From Betaproteobacteria bacterium (lineage in GTDB: Bacteria; Pseudomonadota; Gammaproteobacteria; Burkholderiales; SG8-39), in the NCBI GenBank assembly GCA_016177575.1, contig JACOVA010000088.1, positions 1-41,269 of the forward strand: DNA of 41,269 nt. The letters are read 5' to 3'. Under the pieces are notes generated by a model, which did not search any database, had not been told where the DNA came from, and saw only the letters and a list, made by a program, of their open reading frames with translations. The translations under genes were made by a program, and so were the position numbers. This document shows, in pieces, positions 10,020-20,825 of the stretch; positions within the stretch are counted from its first letter, which is position 1, and each line of letters starts with the position of its first letter.

Positions 10020-12545
10020 GTGGCTAATTCAGTCACCGGAATTCGTCTTGCTATTGCGACGCTTCTGCTGGCGCCGCTGATGGTGCACGCAGCGGGGCTG
10101 GGCCGGTTCACGGTGAACTCGGCGCTGGGCCAGCCGCTGAATGCGGAAATCGAGATCGTTTCCCTGCAGGCGAGCGAGGAGGACTCCCTTACGGCGCGGC
10201 TGGCGACGGCGGAAGCTTTCCGCCAGGCGGGCATCGAGATGAGCTCGGCGCTGGTGGGGCTGCAGTTCAAGATCGACCGCAAGGACGGCAGGCCGGTGAT
10301 CCGCGTTTCGAGCGCGCAGCCGGTCAACGAGCCGTTCCTGGACTTGCTGGTCGAGCTGCAGTGGGCCACCGGCCGCCTGGTGCGCGAGTACACCTTCCTG
10401 CTCGATCCGCCCGAATACAAGGTGCCGCCGCCGCTCGCCGCGCCTGCCGCGCCCGCAGTGCGGCCCGCTCCCGAGGCCGCGAAGCCCGCGCCCGCCATCG
10501 AGGCGCGCCCGGTGCCGGCGGCGCCCGCAGCGCCCGCGGCCGCTGCCGCAACGCACGAGGTGAAGAAGGGCGACACGCTTGGGGCGATTGCACTCAAGAA
10601 CAGGCCGGAGGGCGTGACGCTCAACCAGATGCTGGTCGCGCTTTTCCGCGCCAACCAGGAGGCGTTCATCCGCGGCAACGTCAATCTCGTGCGCGCCGGG
10701 CGCATCCTGAGCATCCCGGAGCGCGAGGCGATCATGGCGGTCGATGCGGCGGAAGCCAACCGGCTGGTGCAGTCGCACATGGCCGAATTCGCCGAGTACA
10801 AGCAGAAGCTCGCCGCCGCCGTCGCGGCCGCGCCCGCGGCACCGGCGCCGCGCGAGCGCGAGGTCAGCGGCCGGATTGCGCCGAAGCCGGAAGCGGCCGC
10901 GCCTGCCGAGCAGAAGGACCGGCTCAAGCTCTCCAAGGCGGATCCCGCGAAACCCGCCGCGACCGCCTCGCGCGCCGCGCGCGAGGACGACAGGGTCGCG
11001 CGCGAGCGCGCGCTCAAGGAAGCGCAGTCGCGCGTCGGCGAGCTGGAGAAGAACGTCTCGGACCTGCAGAAGCTGGTCGAGATGAAGAATCAGCAGCTCG
11101 CCGAGCTGGAAAAGAAGGCGGCCGCGAAGCCCGCGCCGGCAGCCGTCGCGCCTGCGCCCGCTGCGAAGGCGCCCGAGCCGATAAAGGAGGCGCCCAAGGC
11201 GGCGCCCAAGGAGGCGCCTAAGGAGGCGGCGAAAGAAGCGCCCAAGGCCGCGGCCAAGGAGGCGCCCAAAGAGGCCCCGAAGGAGGCGCCGAAAGCGGCA
11301 ACCAAGCCGGCGCCCAAGGCGGAGTCCGCGAAGGCGAAGCCGAAACCGGCGCCGGTGAAGGCTGCGCCCGAGAAGGGCTTCGTGGAGGAATTCCTCGACG
11401 ATCCGATCGCGCTGGGCGGATTGGGCGGCGTGGCGGTGCTGCTGGCCGGCTACGGCGCGTGGGCGTGGCGGCGCAAGAAGAAGGCGCAAGGGACCACCGG
11501 GTTCCAGGACAGCGTGCTCGGCGCGGCCAGCGGCGCGGCAGCCGGTTCGGTCTTCAGCGCGACGCCGCCGCCGGCGGCCGCGGCAGCGGCGCCGGAGGCG
11601 GCCGCGGCGTCGCAGGCATCGGTCGGCGGCGGCAGTGTCGCCGCGGCAGAGACCGAAGAGGTCGATCCGATCGCCGAGGCCGACGTTTACATGGCCTATG
11701 GCCGCGACGCGCAGGCCGAGGAAATCCTCAAGGAGGCGCTCGGCAAGGATGCGAATCGCGTAGCGGTGCACGCGAAGCTGCTCGAGATCTATGCCAACCG
11801 CAAGGACAGCAAGGCCTTCGAGCAGACGGCGCTGAAAGTCAAGAGCCTCACCGACGGCAGCGGCCCGGAATGGGAAAAGGCGATGACCCTCGGCCACTCG
11901 ATCGACCCCGGCAACGGGCTCTACGGCAGCGGCGCGGCGGCGGCACCGGCGGCGGCGGCGGCGCCGGCGGCGGCGGCGCCGACGCTCGATTTCGACATCG
12001 GCGGCGCGACCGAGCCCGCGGCGGGCGCGACCGGGGCGAAGGCCGACAGCGGCCTGGACTTCGAGCTCGGCACCACCGCGGCGATTCCGAAGAGCGATTT
12101 TGCGCCGAGCGGCACGCTGGTGCTGGATGCGAAGGATACGCAGGCTGCGAGCGCGGGGCTCGACTTCGACCTGGGCGGCGGCGCGGAGAAGAAGCCCGAA
12201 GAAGCGCCGGCGAAGGCCGATCCGGACGCGACCGTGGCGATGGATTTCGACCTCAATCTCGATCTGGGCGGCGGCAAGCCGGCGGAGCCCGCGAAGCCCG
12301 CGGCCGAGGCGCCGCTCGATCTCGGCGGCCTGAGCCTGGACCTCGGCACGCCCGCGGGCGCGGCGCCTGCGGCCGGCGGCGCCGACCCGAAATGGCAGGA
12401 GGTCGCGACCAAGCTCGATCTGGCCAAGGCGTACCAGGAAATGGGCGACAAGGACGGGGCGCGCGAGCTGCTGAACGAGGTGGTGAAGGAGGGCGACGCC
12501 GCGCAGAAGGGCCAGGCGCAGCAGATGCTTTCCAGTCTAGGCTGA
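10020..12545 (+). CDS. fimV: FimV/HubP family polar landmark protein
   Basis: Signal peptide, GLGRFTVNSALGQPLNAEI, REYTFLLDPP, LysM (VKKGDTLGAIA), coiled coil, TM segment, DPIAEADVYMAYGR and C-terminal TKLDLAKAYQEMGD; lies between asd and truA. Confidence 0.95.
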   Translation: MANSVTGIRLAIATLLLAPLMVHAAGLGRFTVNSALGQPLNAEIEIVSLQASEEDSLTARLATAEAFRQAGIEMSSALVGLQFKIDRKDGRPVIRVSSAQPVNEPFLDLLVELQWATGRLVREYTFLLDPPEYKVPPPLAAPAAPAVRPAPEAAKPAPAIEARPVPAAPAAPAAAAATHEVKKGDTLGAIALKNRPEGVTLNQMLVALFRANQEAFIRGNVNLVRAGRILSIPEREAIMAVDAAEANRLVQSHMAEFAEYKQKLAAAVAAAPAAPAPREREVSGRIAPKPEAAAPAEQKDRLKLSKADPAKPAATASRAAREDDRVARERALKEAQSRVGELEKNVSDLQKLVEMKNQQLAELEKKAAAKPAPAAVAPAPAAKAPEPIKEAPKAAPKEAPKEAAKEAPKAAAKEAPKEAPKEAPKAATKPAPKAESAKAKPKPAPVKAAPEKGFVEEFLDDPIALGGLGGVAVLLAGYGAWAWRRKKKAQGTTGFQDSVLGAASGAAAGSVFSATPPPAAAAAAPEAAAASQASVGGGSVAAAETEEVDPIAEADVYMAYGRDAQAEEILKEALGKDANRVAVHAKLLEIYANRKDSKAFEQTALKVKSLTDGSGPEWEKAMTLGHSIDPGNGLYGSGAAAAPAAAAAPAAAAPTLDFDIGGATEPAAGATGAKADSGLDFELGTTAAIPKSDFAPSGTLVLDAKDTQAASAGLDFDLGGGAEKKPEEAPAKADPDATVAMDFDLNLDLGGGKPAEPAKPAAEAPLDLGGLSLDLGTPAGAAPAAGGADPKWQEVATKLDLAKAYQEMGDKDGARELLNEVVKEGDAAQKGQAQQMLSSLG
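11184..11303 (+). repeat. Ten degenerate 12-bp tandem units coding KEAP/KAAP/KEAA in FimV
   Basis: aaggaggcgccc-type units read directly from the sequence. Confidence 0.85.
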
Positions 12546-13342
12546 GCGCGACGAGAATCGCACTCGGAATCGAGTACGACGGCAGCCGCTTTCTCGGCTG
12601 GCAGAGGCAGCCGGGCGGCGGCACAGTGCAGGACGCCCTCGAGGCGGCGCTCGGCGCCATCGCCGGCGAGGCGACCGCGGTGACCTGCGCCGGCCGCACC
12701 GACCGCGGCGTACACGCGCGCGCCCAGGTCGCTCACTTCGATACCGCCGCCGAGCGCCCGGATTCGGCCTGGGTGCGCGGCGTCAACGCGCTGCTGCCGG
12801 AGGCGGCCGCTGTGCTCTGGTCGCGCCGCGTGGCGCCCGAGTTCCATGCGCGCTACGGCGCGCTCTCGCGCACCTACCGCTACGTGCTGCTGAACCGCCC
12901 TGTGCGGCCTGCGCTCGCCGCGCGCTACGCCGGCTGGCACCACGCGCCGCTCGATATCGGCGCAATGCGCGCGGCGGCCGGCTACCTCCTCGGCGAGCAC
13001 GATTTCTCCGCTTTTCGCGCAACCGAGTGCCAGGCGAAGAGCGCGGTGCGCACGCTGTACTCGATATCGATCGAGCGCAGCGGCGAGCGCATCGACTTCA
13101 CCCTGCGCGCCAACGCCTGGCTGCAGCACATGGTGCGCAACATCGTCGGCACGCTGGTGTACGTCGGCAAGGGCAAGCACCCGCCGCAATGGGCGGGCCA
13201 GGTGCTCGCGTCGCGCGACCGTGCGCTGGCCGCGCCGACCTTCGCGCCCGAGGGACTCTACCTGGAGGCGATCGAGTACGATGCCCGCTGGAACCTTCCG
13301 ACGATCCAGCGGCAGAGCGTCGTGCTGCCGGTCGGGCCATGA
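12542..13342 (+). CDS. truA: tRNA pseudouridine(38-40) synthase; non-canonical start (CTG12542 or ACG12551)
   Basis: RIALGIEYDGS, AGRTDRGVHA, HMVRNIVG. No nearby in-frame ATG/GTG/TTG precedes the conserved N-terminus. Confidence 0.93.
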   Translation: MSATRIALGIEYDGSRFLGWQRQPGGGTVQDALEAALGAIAGEATAVTCAGRTDRGVHARAQVAHFDTAAERPDSAWVRGVNALLPEAAAVLWSRRVAPEFHARYGALSRTYRYVLLNRPVRPALAARYAGWHHAPLDIGAMRAAAGYLLGEHDFSAFRATECQAKSAVRTLYSISIERSGERIDFTLRANAWLQHMVRNIVGTLVYVGKGKHPPQWAGQVLASRDRALAAPTFAPEGLYLEAIEYDARWNLPTIQRQSVVLPVGP

Positions 13343-13945
13343 GAACCCGCGTCAAGATCTGCGGCATCACGCGCCTCGAGGACGCGCAGGCGGCCGCGCA
13401 GGCCGGCGCAGACGCGATCGGGCTGGTCTTCTATCCGCCGAGCCCGCGCTGCCTGCGCATCGAGCAGGCGCGCGCGCTGCGCGCCGCGCTGCCGCCGTAC
13501 GTGACGCCGGTCGCATTGTTCGTCAATCCGGCGCGCGACGAGGTCGAGGCCGTGCTCGAAGGCGTGCGCCCGGCGATGCTGCAGTTCCACGGCGAGGAGG
13601 CACCGGATTTTTGCGCTCAATTCGACGTGCCCTACGTCAAGGCTTGCAGGGTGAGGCCGGGCGTCGATTTGCTAGAATACCTGCGCCCGTTTTCCGGCGC
13701 CGCGGGCTGGCTGCTCGACAGCCACGTCGAAGAGTATGGCGGGGTCGGCGAGCGCTTCGACTGGTCGCTGGTTCCGGCCGCGCGCGCCCGGCCGCTCATC
13801 CTATCGGGCGGCCTCACGCGCGACAACGTGGGCAAAGCGATCCGGCGCGTGCGGCCCTGGGCGGTCGACGTTTCGAGCGGAGTCGAGTCCGCGAAGGGCA
13901 TTAAAGACGCGGCAAGGATCGCCGCCTTCATCGCCGAGGTCAGGA

Positions 13946-13959
<14 letters not shown>
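13339..13959 (+). CDS. trpF: Phosphoribosylanthranilate isomerase
   Basis: [28 protein letters not shown]. Confidence 0.97.
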
Positions 13960-15145
<1,186 letters not shown>

Positions 15146-15147
15146 CG

Positions 15148-15966
15148 ATGTCGCGCATCCAGGCCCGCTTCGAGGCTCTGCGCAGATCCGGCCGCAAGGC
15201 GCTCATTCCGTACATCACCGCGGGCGACCCGAGCCCGGGCCTCACGGTGCCGCTCGTGCACGCGCTGGTCGAAGCCGGCGCCGACGTCATCGAGCTGGGC
15301 GTGCCGTTTTCCGACCCGATGGCCGACGGCCCGGTGGTCCAGCGCTCCGGCGAACGGGCGTTGAAGAATGGGGTTGGTCTTTCTGACGTTCTCACTCTTG
15401 TAAAGTCTTTTCGAGAGAAGGACTCGAATACTCCGCTCGTTCTTATGGGCTACGCCAATCCGCTCGAGGCGATGGGGCTCGAGCGCTTCGTGCGCGAAGC
15501 CGGGTCCGCTGGCGTCGACGGCGTGATCGTGGTCGACTACCCGCCCGAGGAGTGCGCGGAGTTCACCGCGCTCGCGAAGTCGAACGGCATCGACCCGATC
15601 TTCCTGCTCGCGCCTACCTCGACCGACGAACGGATCCGGCAGATCGCGCGGGTGGCGAGCGGCTATCTCTATTACGTATCGCTCACGGGAATCACGGGCG
15701 CGGGGCACATCGACGTGTCGGACGTCGCGGCGCACATTCCGAAGCTGCGCGCCGCCTCCAGCCTGCCGATCGGGGTCGGCTTCGGCATCCGCGACGCGGC
15801 CTCGGCACGCCGCATCGCCGAGCTCGCCGATGCGGTGGTGATCGGCAGCCGCGTCATCCAGGAGATCGAGTCGGCCGCGCCGGAGGAGGCGGAGGCGCGG
15901 GTCAAGGCCTTCCTGGCGTCGATCCGGGCGGCGCTCGACGGCGCCGCGGCAAAGGCGTTCGCGTAA
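15148..15966 (+). CDS. trpA: Tryptophan synthase alpha chain
   Basis: [36 protein letters not shown]. Confidence 0.98.
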   Translation: MSRIQARFEALRRSGRKALIPYITAGDPSPGLTVPLVHALVEAGADVIELGVPFSDPMADGPVVQRSGERALKNGVGLSDVLTLVKSFREKDSNTPLVLMGYANPLEAMGLERFVREAGSAGVDGVIVVDYPPEECAEFTALAKSNGIDPIFLLAPTSTDERIRQIARVASGYLYYVSLTGITGAGHIDVSDVAAHIPKLRAASSLPIGVGFGIRDAASARRIAELADAVVIGSRVIQEIESAAPEEAEARVKAFLASIRAALDGAAAKAFA

Positions 15967-15970
15967 ACCC

Positions 15971-16840
15971 ATGAGCTGGCTGCAGAAGCTGCTGCCGCCG
16001 AAGATCCAGCGTGCCACCGGCCCGCGCAAGCAGGTGCCCGAAGGCCTGTGGACCAAGTGCCCGGCGTGCAACGCGGTGCTGTACAGCACCGACCTGGAGA
16101 AGAATCTCAACGTCTGTCCGAAGTGCGGCGAGCACCAGCGCATCGGCGCGCGCGCGCGCCTCGATACGCTGCTCGACCCCGAGGGCCGCTACGAGATCGG
16201 CGCCGAGGTGCAGCCGGTCGACAGCCTCAAGTTCCGGGACTCGAAGAAGTACCCGGAGCGGCTCGAGGAGGGCCAGAGCGCGACCGGAGAGACCGACGCG
16301 CTGGTGGTGATGCAGGGCGCGATCAAGTCGCTCGGCGTGGTGTGCGCGGCGTTCGAGTTCGAGTTCATGGGCGGCTCGATGGGGTCGGTGGTCGGCGAGC
16401 GCTTCGTGCGCGGGGTGCGCGTCGCGATCGAGCAGAAGCTGCCTTTCCTGTGCATCACCGCCTCGGGCGGGGCGCGCATGCAGGAGGGACTGTTCTCCCT
16501 CGCCCAGATGGCGAAGACCACCGCTTCGCTCACCGAGCTCGCGCAGCGGCGCCTGCCCTTCGTCACCGTGCTCACCGACCCCACCATGGGCGGGGTCTCG
16601 GCGAGCTTCGCCATGATCGGCGACATCGTCATCGCCGAGCCCAAGGCGCTGATCGGCTTCGCCGGCCCGCGCGTCATCGAGCAGACCGTGCGGCAAAAGC
16701 TGCCCGAGGGCTTCCAGCGCGCCGAATTCCTGCTGGAGAAGGGCGCGATCGACCTGATCGTTGACCGCAGGCAGCTGCGGGACAAGCTGCACACGCTGCT
16801 CGCGCTGCTGCAGGGGAAGCCCACCGAAAACGCTTCGTGA
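15971..16840 (+). CDS. accD: Acetyl-CoA carboxylase carboxyltransferase beta subunit
   Basis: Zn ribbon [35 protein letters not shown]. Confidence 0.98.
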   Translation: MSWLQKLLPPKIQRATGPRKQVPEGLWTKCPACNAVLYSTDLEKNLNVCPKCGEHQRIGARARLDTLLDPEGRYEIGAEVQPVDSLKFRDSKKYPERLEEGQSATGETDALVVMQGAIKSLGVVCAAFEFEFMGGSMGSVVGERFVRGVRVAIEQKLPFLCITASGGARMQEGLFSLAQMAKTTASLTELAQRRLPFVTVLTDPTMGGVSASFAMIGDIVIAEPKALIGFAGPRVIEQTVRQKLPEGFQRAEFLLEKGAIDLIVDRRQLRDKLHTLLALLQGKPTENAS

Positions 16841-18087
16841 GCGCGAGGACGCTCGAGCACTGGCTTGCATACATCGAGCGGCAGCACCCGCAGTCGATCG
16901 CGCTGGGGCTGGAACGTGTTCTTGAAGTCCATTCAAGGCTGAGAACTACACTCGCCTGCCCGATCATCACGGTCGGCGGCACCAACGGCAAGGGCTCGAC
17001 CTGCGCCATGCTGGAAGCGATCCTCGGTGCCGCCGGCTATCGCACCGCGCTCTACAGCTCGCCGCATCTGCGGCGCTACAACGAGCGCGTGCGCATCGCC
17101 GGACGCGAGGCGGACGACGCCGCGCTTTGCGCCGCCTTCGCCGCGGTCGAGGCGGCGCGCGGCGAGGTGCCGCTCACCTATTTCGAGTTCGGCACGCTCG
17201 CGGCATTTCACCTCTTCGCCCAGGAGAAGCCCGACGTCGCAATTCTCGAGGTGGGACTGGGGGGCAGGCTCGACGCGGTGAACCTGCTCGATGCCGACTG
17301 CTCGGTACTAACCAGCATCGCCATCGATCACGTCGAGTATCTCGGCGCATCGCGCGAGGCGATCGGCCGCGAGAAGGCGGGGATCTTCCGGCTCGGCAGA
17401 CCGGCAGTTATTTCCGAACCTCAGGTTCCGCAAAGCGTTCTGAAGGAGATCCGAGAAATAAAACCTCACCCCCTCTTTATCGGCCGGGACTTCGGCTACG
17501 AGGTCCGGGGAACGCAGTGGTCTTACTGGGGACCGGGTGGCAGGCGCTCCGGGCTCGCCCATCCGGCGCTGCGCGGCGCGGCACAGCTGCGCAACGCCGC
17601 CGCGGCGCTCGCGGCCCTCGACGCCATGCGCGAGCGGCTTCCGGTCGCCATGCAGGACGTGCGGCGCGGGCTCGCCGAAGTCACTCTGCCCGGCCGGTTC
17701 CAGGTGCTGCCGGGCCGCCCGCAGGTGGTGCTCGACGTCGCGCACAACCCCGAGGCCGCCGCCGTGCTGGCTGCGAATCTCGGCGACAGCGGCTTCGCGC
17801 CGCAGACGATCGCGGTGTTCGGCATGCTGCGCGACAAGGACATCGCCGGCGTGGCGCGCGCGGTCGCGGCGCGCATCACGCGCTGGCACCTGGCGACGTT
17901 GCCCGGGCCTCGCGGAGCGGACGCGGGTTTTCTCTCGGGGATTTTCCGTGAACTGAGAATAGAAACACCCATCTTTGAGCACGCGACAGTCCCGGAAGCT
18001 CTCGCAGCAGCGCGAAGCGAGGCGAAGGAGAATGATAAAATCGTCGTCTTCGGCTCGTTCCTCACCGTCGCCGGCGCCTATGGCTGA
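16837..18087 (+). CDS. folC: Bifunctional folylpolyglutamate/dihydrofolate synthase
   Basis: [32 protein letters not shown]. Confidence 0.97.
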   Translation: MSARTLEHWLAYIERQHPQSIALGLERVLEVHSRLRTTLACPIITVGGTNGKGSTCAMLEAILGAAGYRTALYSSPHLRRYNERVRIAGREADDAALCAAFAAVEAARGEVPLTYFEFGTLAAFHLFAQEKPDVAILEVGLGGRLDAVNLLDADCSVLTSIAIDHVEYLGASREAIGREKAGIFRLGRPAVISEPQVPQSVLKEIREIKPHPLFIGRDFGYEVRGTQWSYWGPGGRRSGLAHPALRGAAQLRNAAAALAALDAMRERLPVAMQDVRRGLAEVTLPGRFQVLPGRPQVVLDVAHNPEAAAVLAANLGDSGFAPQTIAVFGMLRDKDIAGVARAVAARITRWHLATLPGPRGADAGFLSGIFRELRIETPIFEHATVPEALAAARSEAKENDKIVVFGSFLTVAGAYG

Positions 18088-18670
18088 AAACGAAGACGTC
18101 AATACGCTGAAGCGCCGAGGTCGACGCCGGCTGGTCGGCGCCATCGCGCTGGTGCTCGCCGCGGTGATCGTGCTGCCGATGGTGTTCGATTCCGAGCCCA
18201 AGGGCAGCGCGCCGCCGGTCAGCGTGCGCATTCCCGGCGAGGACGAGAGCAGCTTCACGCCCAAGGTGACGCCCAAGGCACCCGCCGAGAAGCCGGCGGC
18301 GCAGACGCCTGTCGAGAAGAAAGTCGAAAAACAGCTCGAGAAGCAGTCCGAAAGACAAGCGGAGAAGCCGCCCGAAAAGCCTCCGGTCGCCGCCGAAGCG
18401 GAGCGGGCCCGCGCGGAACGCGCCCTAGCAGGGGGCGAGCAATTCGTCGTTCAGGTCGGTGCATTCGCGGACCCGGAAAAGGTAAGAGAAGTCACCGGAA
18501 AGGTGGCTTCCGCCAAGTTGCCCTATTTCACCGAGCGCGTGCCCGTGGCGAGCGGAATGCTGACGCGTGTGCGCGTAGGGCCCTTTCCGAGCCGGAACGC
18601 TGCCGAAGAAGCGCACAAGAAGCTCATCGAACTCGGCCTGAAGGGCAGCAAGGTCATCGGCCTGTCGTGA
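18080..18670 (+). CDS. dedD: DedD-like SPOR domain cell division protein
   Basis: RRRLVGAIALV TM anchor, Pro/Lys linker, SPOR (VQVGAF...TRVRVGPF); lies between folC and cvpA. Confidence 0.88.
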   Translation: MAENEDVNTLKRRGRRRLVGAIALVLAAVIVLPMVFDSEPKGSAPPVSVRIPGEDESSFTPKVTPKAPAEKPAAQTPVEKKVEKQLEKQSERQAEKPPEKPPVAAEAERARAERALAGGEQFVVQVGAFADPEKVREVTGKVASAKLPYFTERVPVASGMLTRVRVGPFPSRNAAEEAHKKLIELGLKGSKVIGLS

Positions 18671-19158
18671 CCTGGCTCGACTACGCCGTGCTCGGCGTAT
18701 TCGCGGTATCCATGGTCCTCGGCGCATGGCGCGGGCTGGTGCGCGAAGTGCTCTCGGTCCTGGGCTGGGTGATCGCGTTCCTCGCCGCCAATCTTCTCGC
18801 CGGGCCGCTCGGCGCGCAAATGCCGCGTGAGATCCCGAGCCCGGAGCTCCGGGTGGCGGCCGCTTTCGCGGCGGTGTTCCTCGGCGCCCTGGTCGCCACC
18901 TCGCTGGTAGGACTGCTGTTGTCAAAGATCGTCAAGGCGGTCGGGCTTGCAGCCACCGACCGCACGCTCGGCGCGCTGTTCGGCGCGGCGCGCGCGCTGC
19001 TCATCGTCGTCGCCGCGGCGCTGCTCGCGGGGCTCACCAGCGCGCCGCGCCAGCCGTTCTGGCGCGACTCGGCGAGCGGCGCGCTGCTCGCGCAGGCGGC
19101 GCTCGCGCTCAAGCCTCTGCTGCCGCAGACGTTGGCCGAGCGCTTGCGATATGATTAG
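18667..19158 (+). CDS. cvpA: CvpA family membrane protein
   Basis: RGLVREVLS and DRTLGALFG motifs; directly upstream of purF. Confidence 0.93.
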   Translation: MTWLDYAVLGVFAVSMVLGAWRGLVREVLSVLGWVIAFLAANLLAGPLGAQMPREIPSPELRVAAAFAAVFLGALVATSLVGLLLSKIVKAVGLAATDRTLGALFGAARALLIVVAAALLAGLTSAPRQPFWRDSASGALLAQAALALKPLLPQTLAERLRYD

Positions 19159-19186
19159 AGCTTAGTCACGCCGGGAGCCACCTCCC

Positions 19187-20704
19187 ATGTGCGGAATTCT
19201 GGGCATCGTCGCTCGCTCGCCGGTCAACCAGCTCCTCTACGACGGGCTGCTGCTCCTGCAGCACCGCGGGCAGGACGCGGCCGGCATCGTCACCTGCGAG
19301 GCCAAGACCTTCCACATGCAGAAGGGCAACGGCATGGTGCGCGACGTTTTCCGCACCCGCAACATGCGCTCCCTTCCCGGCAACATCGGCATCGCCCACT
19401 GCCGCTACCCGACGGCCGGCTCAGCGTTCAATTCGGCCGAGGCGCAGCCGTTCTACGTCAACTCGCCCTTCGGCATCGTGCTCGGCCACAACGGCAACCT
19501 GACCAATTCCGACAAGCTCAAGGAAGAGATGTTCCGGCAGGACCTGCGGCACATCAACACCAACTCGGACTCCGAGGTGCTGCTCAACGTGCTCGCGCAC
19601 GAGCTGGAAAAGGCCTCGGTCAAGCTGCGCCTCGACCCGCAGACCATCTTCGCCGCGGTGGCAAACGTGCACCGCCGCGTGCGCGGGGCCTACGCGGTGA
19701 TCGCGATGATCGCCGGCTACGGGGTGCTCGCATTCCGCGACCCTTACGGCATCCGCCCGGCGGTCATCGGCTACAACGAGTCGGTCGACGGCATCGAGTA
19801 CATGATCGCCTCCGAATCCGTTGCGGTCGAGGCGCTCGGGTTCCGCGTGCTGCGCGACATCGCCCCCGGCGAGGCGGTGTTCATCGACGACGACGGCAAC
19901 TTCTACAGCCAGCCGTGCGCCGAGCAGGCCTCGCTCAACCCCTGCATCTTCGAGTACGTCTACCTGGCGCGGCCCGACTCGCTCATCGACGGCGTCTCGG
20001 TCTACGAAGCGCGCCTGCACATGGGCGAGAAGCTGGCCGAGAAGATCCGGCGCCAGCACCGGGACCTGCAGATAGACGTCGTGATCCCGATCCCGGACTC
20101 GAGCCGCCCGTCGGCGCTGCAGCTGGCGATGAACCTCGGCGTGCCGTACCGCGAGGGCTTCGTCAAGAACCGCTACATCGGGCGCACCTTCATCATGCCG
20201 GGGCAGTCGGTGCGCACGCGCTCGGTGCGCCAGAAGCTGAACGTGATCGGCGTCGAGTTCAGGGGCAAGAACGTGCTGCTGGTGGACGACTCGATCGTGC
20301 GCGGCACCACCAGCCGGGAAATCGTGCAGATGGCGCGCGAGTCAGGGGCGCGCAAGGTATTCTTCGCCACTGCCGCGCCGCCGGTGCGTTTTCCCAACGT
20401 GTACGGCATCGACATGCCGACGCGCTCCGAGCTGATCGCCGCGCGCCGCAGCGAGGACGAGGTGGCGGCCGAGATCGGCGCCGATGCGCTCATCTACCAG
20501 GACCTCGACGCGCTCATCGAGGCGGTGCGCAGCCTCAACCCCAGGCTCACCAGCTTCGAGGCCTCCTGCTTCGACGGCCGCTACGTCACGGGGGACGTGA
20601 CCGCAGATTACCTGCACGTGGTCGAGACCCGGCGCGATGCGCAGCGCGACTCGGGCGACGACGAGGGCGCGCAGCTCGACCTCAACCTGGTGGCGACGGG
20701 ATAG
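19187..20704 (+). CDS. purF: Amidophosphoribosyltransferase
   Basis: N-terminal MCGI nucleophile, QHRGQD, PRPP motif VDDSIVRGTT. Confidence 0.98.
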   Translation: MCGILGIVARSPVNQLLYDGLLLLQHRGQDAAGIVTCEAKTFHMQKGNGMVRDVFRTRNMRSLPGNIGIAHCRYPTAGSAFNSAEAQPFYVNSPFGIVLGHNGNLTNSDKLKEEMFRQDLRHINTNSDSEVLLNVLAHELEKASVKLRLDPQTIFAAVANVHRRVRGAYAVIAMIAGYGVLAFRDPYGIRPAVIGYNESVDGIEYMIASESVAVEALGFRVLRDIAPGEAVFIDDDGNFYSQPCAEQASLNPCIFEYVYLARPDSLIDGVSVYEARLHMGEKLAEKIRRQHRDLQIDVVIPIPDSSRPSALQLAMNLGVPYREGFVKNRYIGRTFIMPGQSVRTRSVRQKLNVIGVEFRGKNVLLVDDSIVRGTTSREIVQMARESGARKVFFATAAPPVRFPNVYGIDMPTRSELIAARRSEDEVAAEIGADALIYQDLDALIEAVRSLNPRLTSFEASCFDGRYVTGDVTADYLHVVETRRDAQRDSGDDEGAQLDLNLVATG

Positions 20705-20709
20705 CGATT

Positions 20710-20718
20710 TGATATAAT
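20710..20718 (+). promoter_or_regulatory. Extended -10 promoter for the metZ leader
   Basis: TGA-TATAAT ending 9 nt before the riboswitch P1 helix. Confidence 0.7.
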
Positions 20719-20726
20719 TACTCTTT

Positions 20727-20779
20727 ACGCGCCGATTTGAGCCACAGCTTGCGGGCGCGCTACAAATCCAGCTAAAGCG
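20727..20779 (+). ncRNA. SAM-II riboswitch aptamer
   Basis: P1 CGCGCC(20728-33)/GGCGCG(20754-59); conserved GAUUUGAGCC...GCUUGC...AAA...GCUAAAG pattern of SAM-II; upstream of a methionine gene. Confidence 0.9.
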
Positions 20780-20787
20780 TGCCGAGG

Positions 20788-20825
20788 AAACCCGGTCCGC
20801 TTAGAAGAAAGGATCGGGTTTTTTT
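20788..20825 (+). terminator. Riboswitch-controlled intrinsic terminator
   Basis: AAACCCGGTCC / GGATCGGGTTT stem ending in a T7 run (20819-25) immediately before ATG20826. Confidence 0.8.

Noticed and set aside
11931-11982. GCG-rich repeat as a CRISPR or contingency locus
   Set aside because: It is an in-frame Ala/Pro linker of FimV, with no spacers or cas genes.
11459-12541. Apparent N-terminal extension of TruA (627-aa ORF)
   Set aside because: It overlaps fimV out of frame, and TruA homology begins only at about 12551. The similar extensions on leuD, trpF, trpA, the cyclophilin, the DctP protein and nadK are also artefacts.
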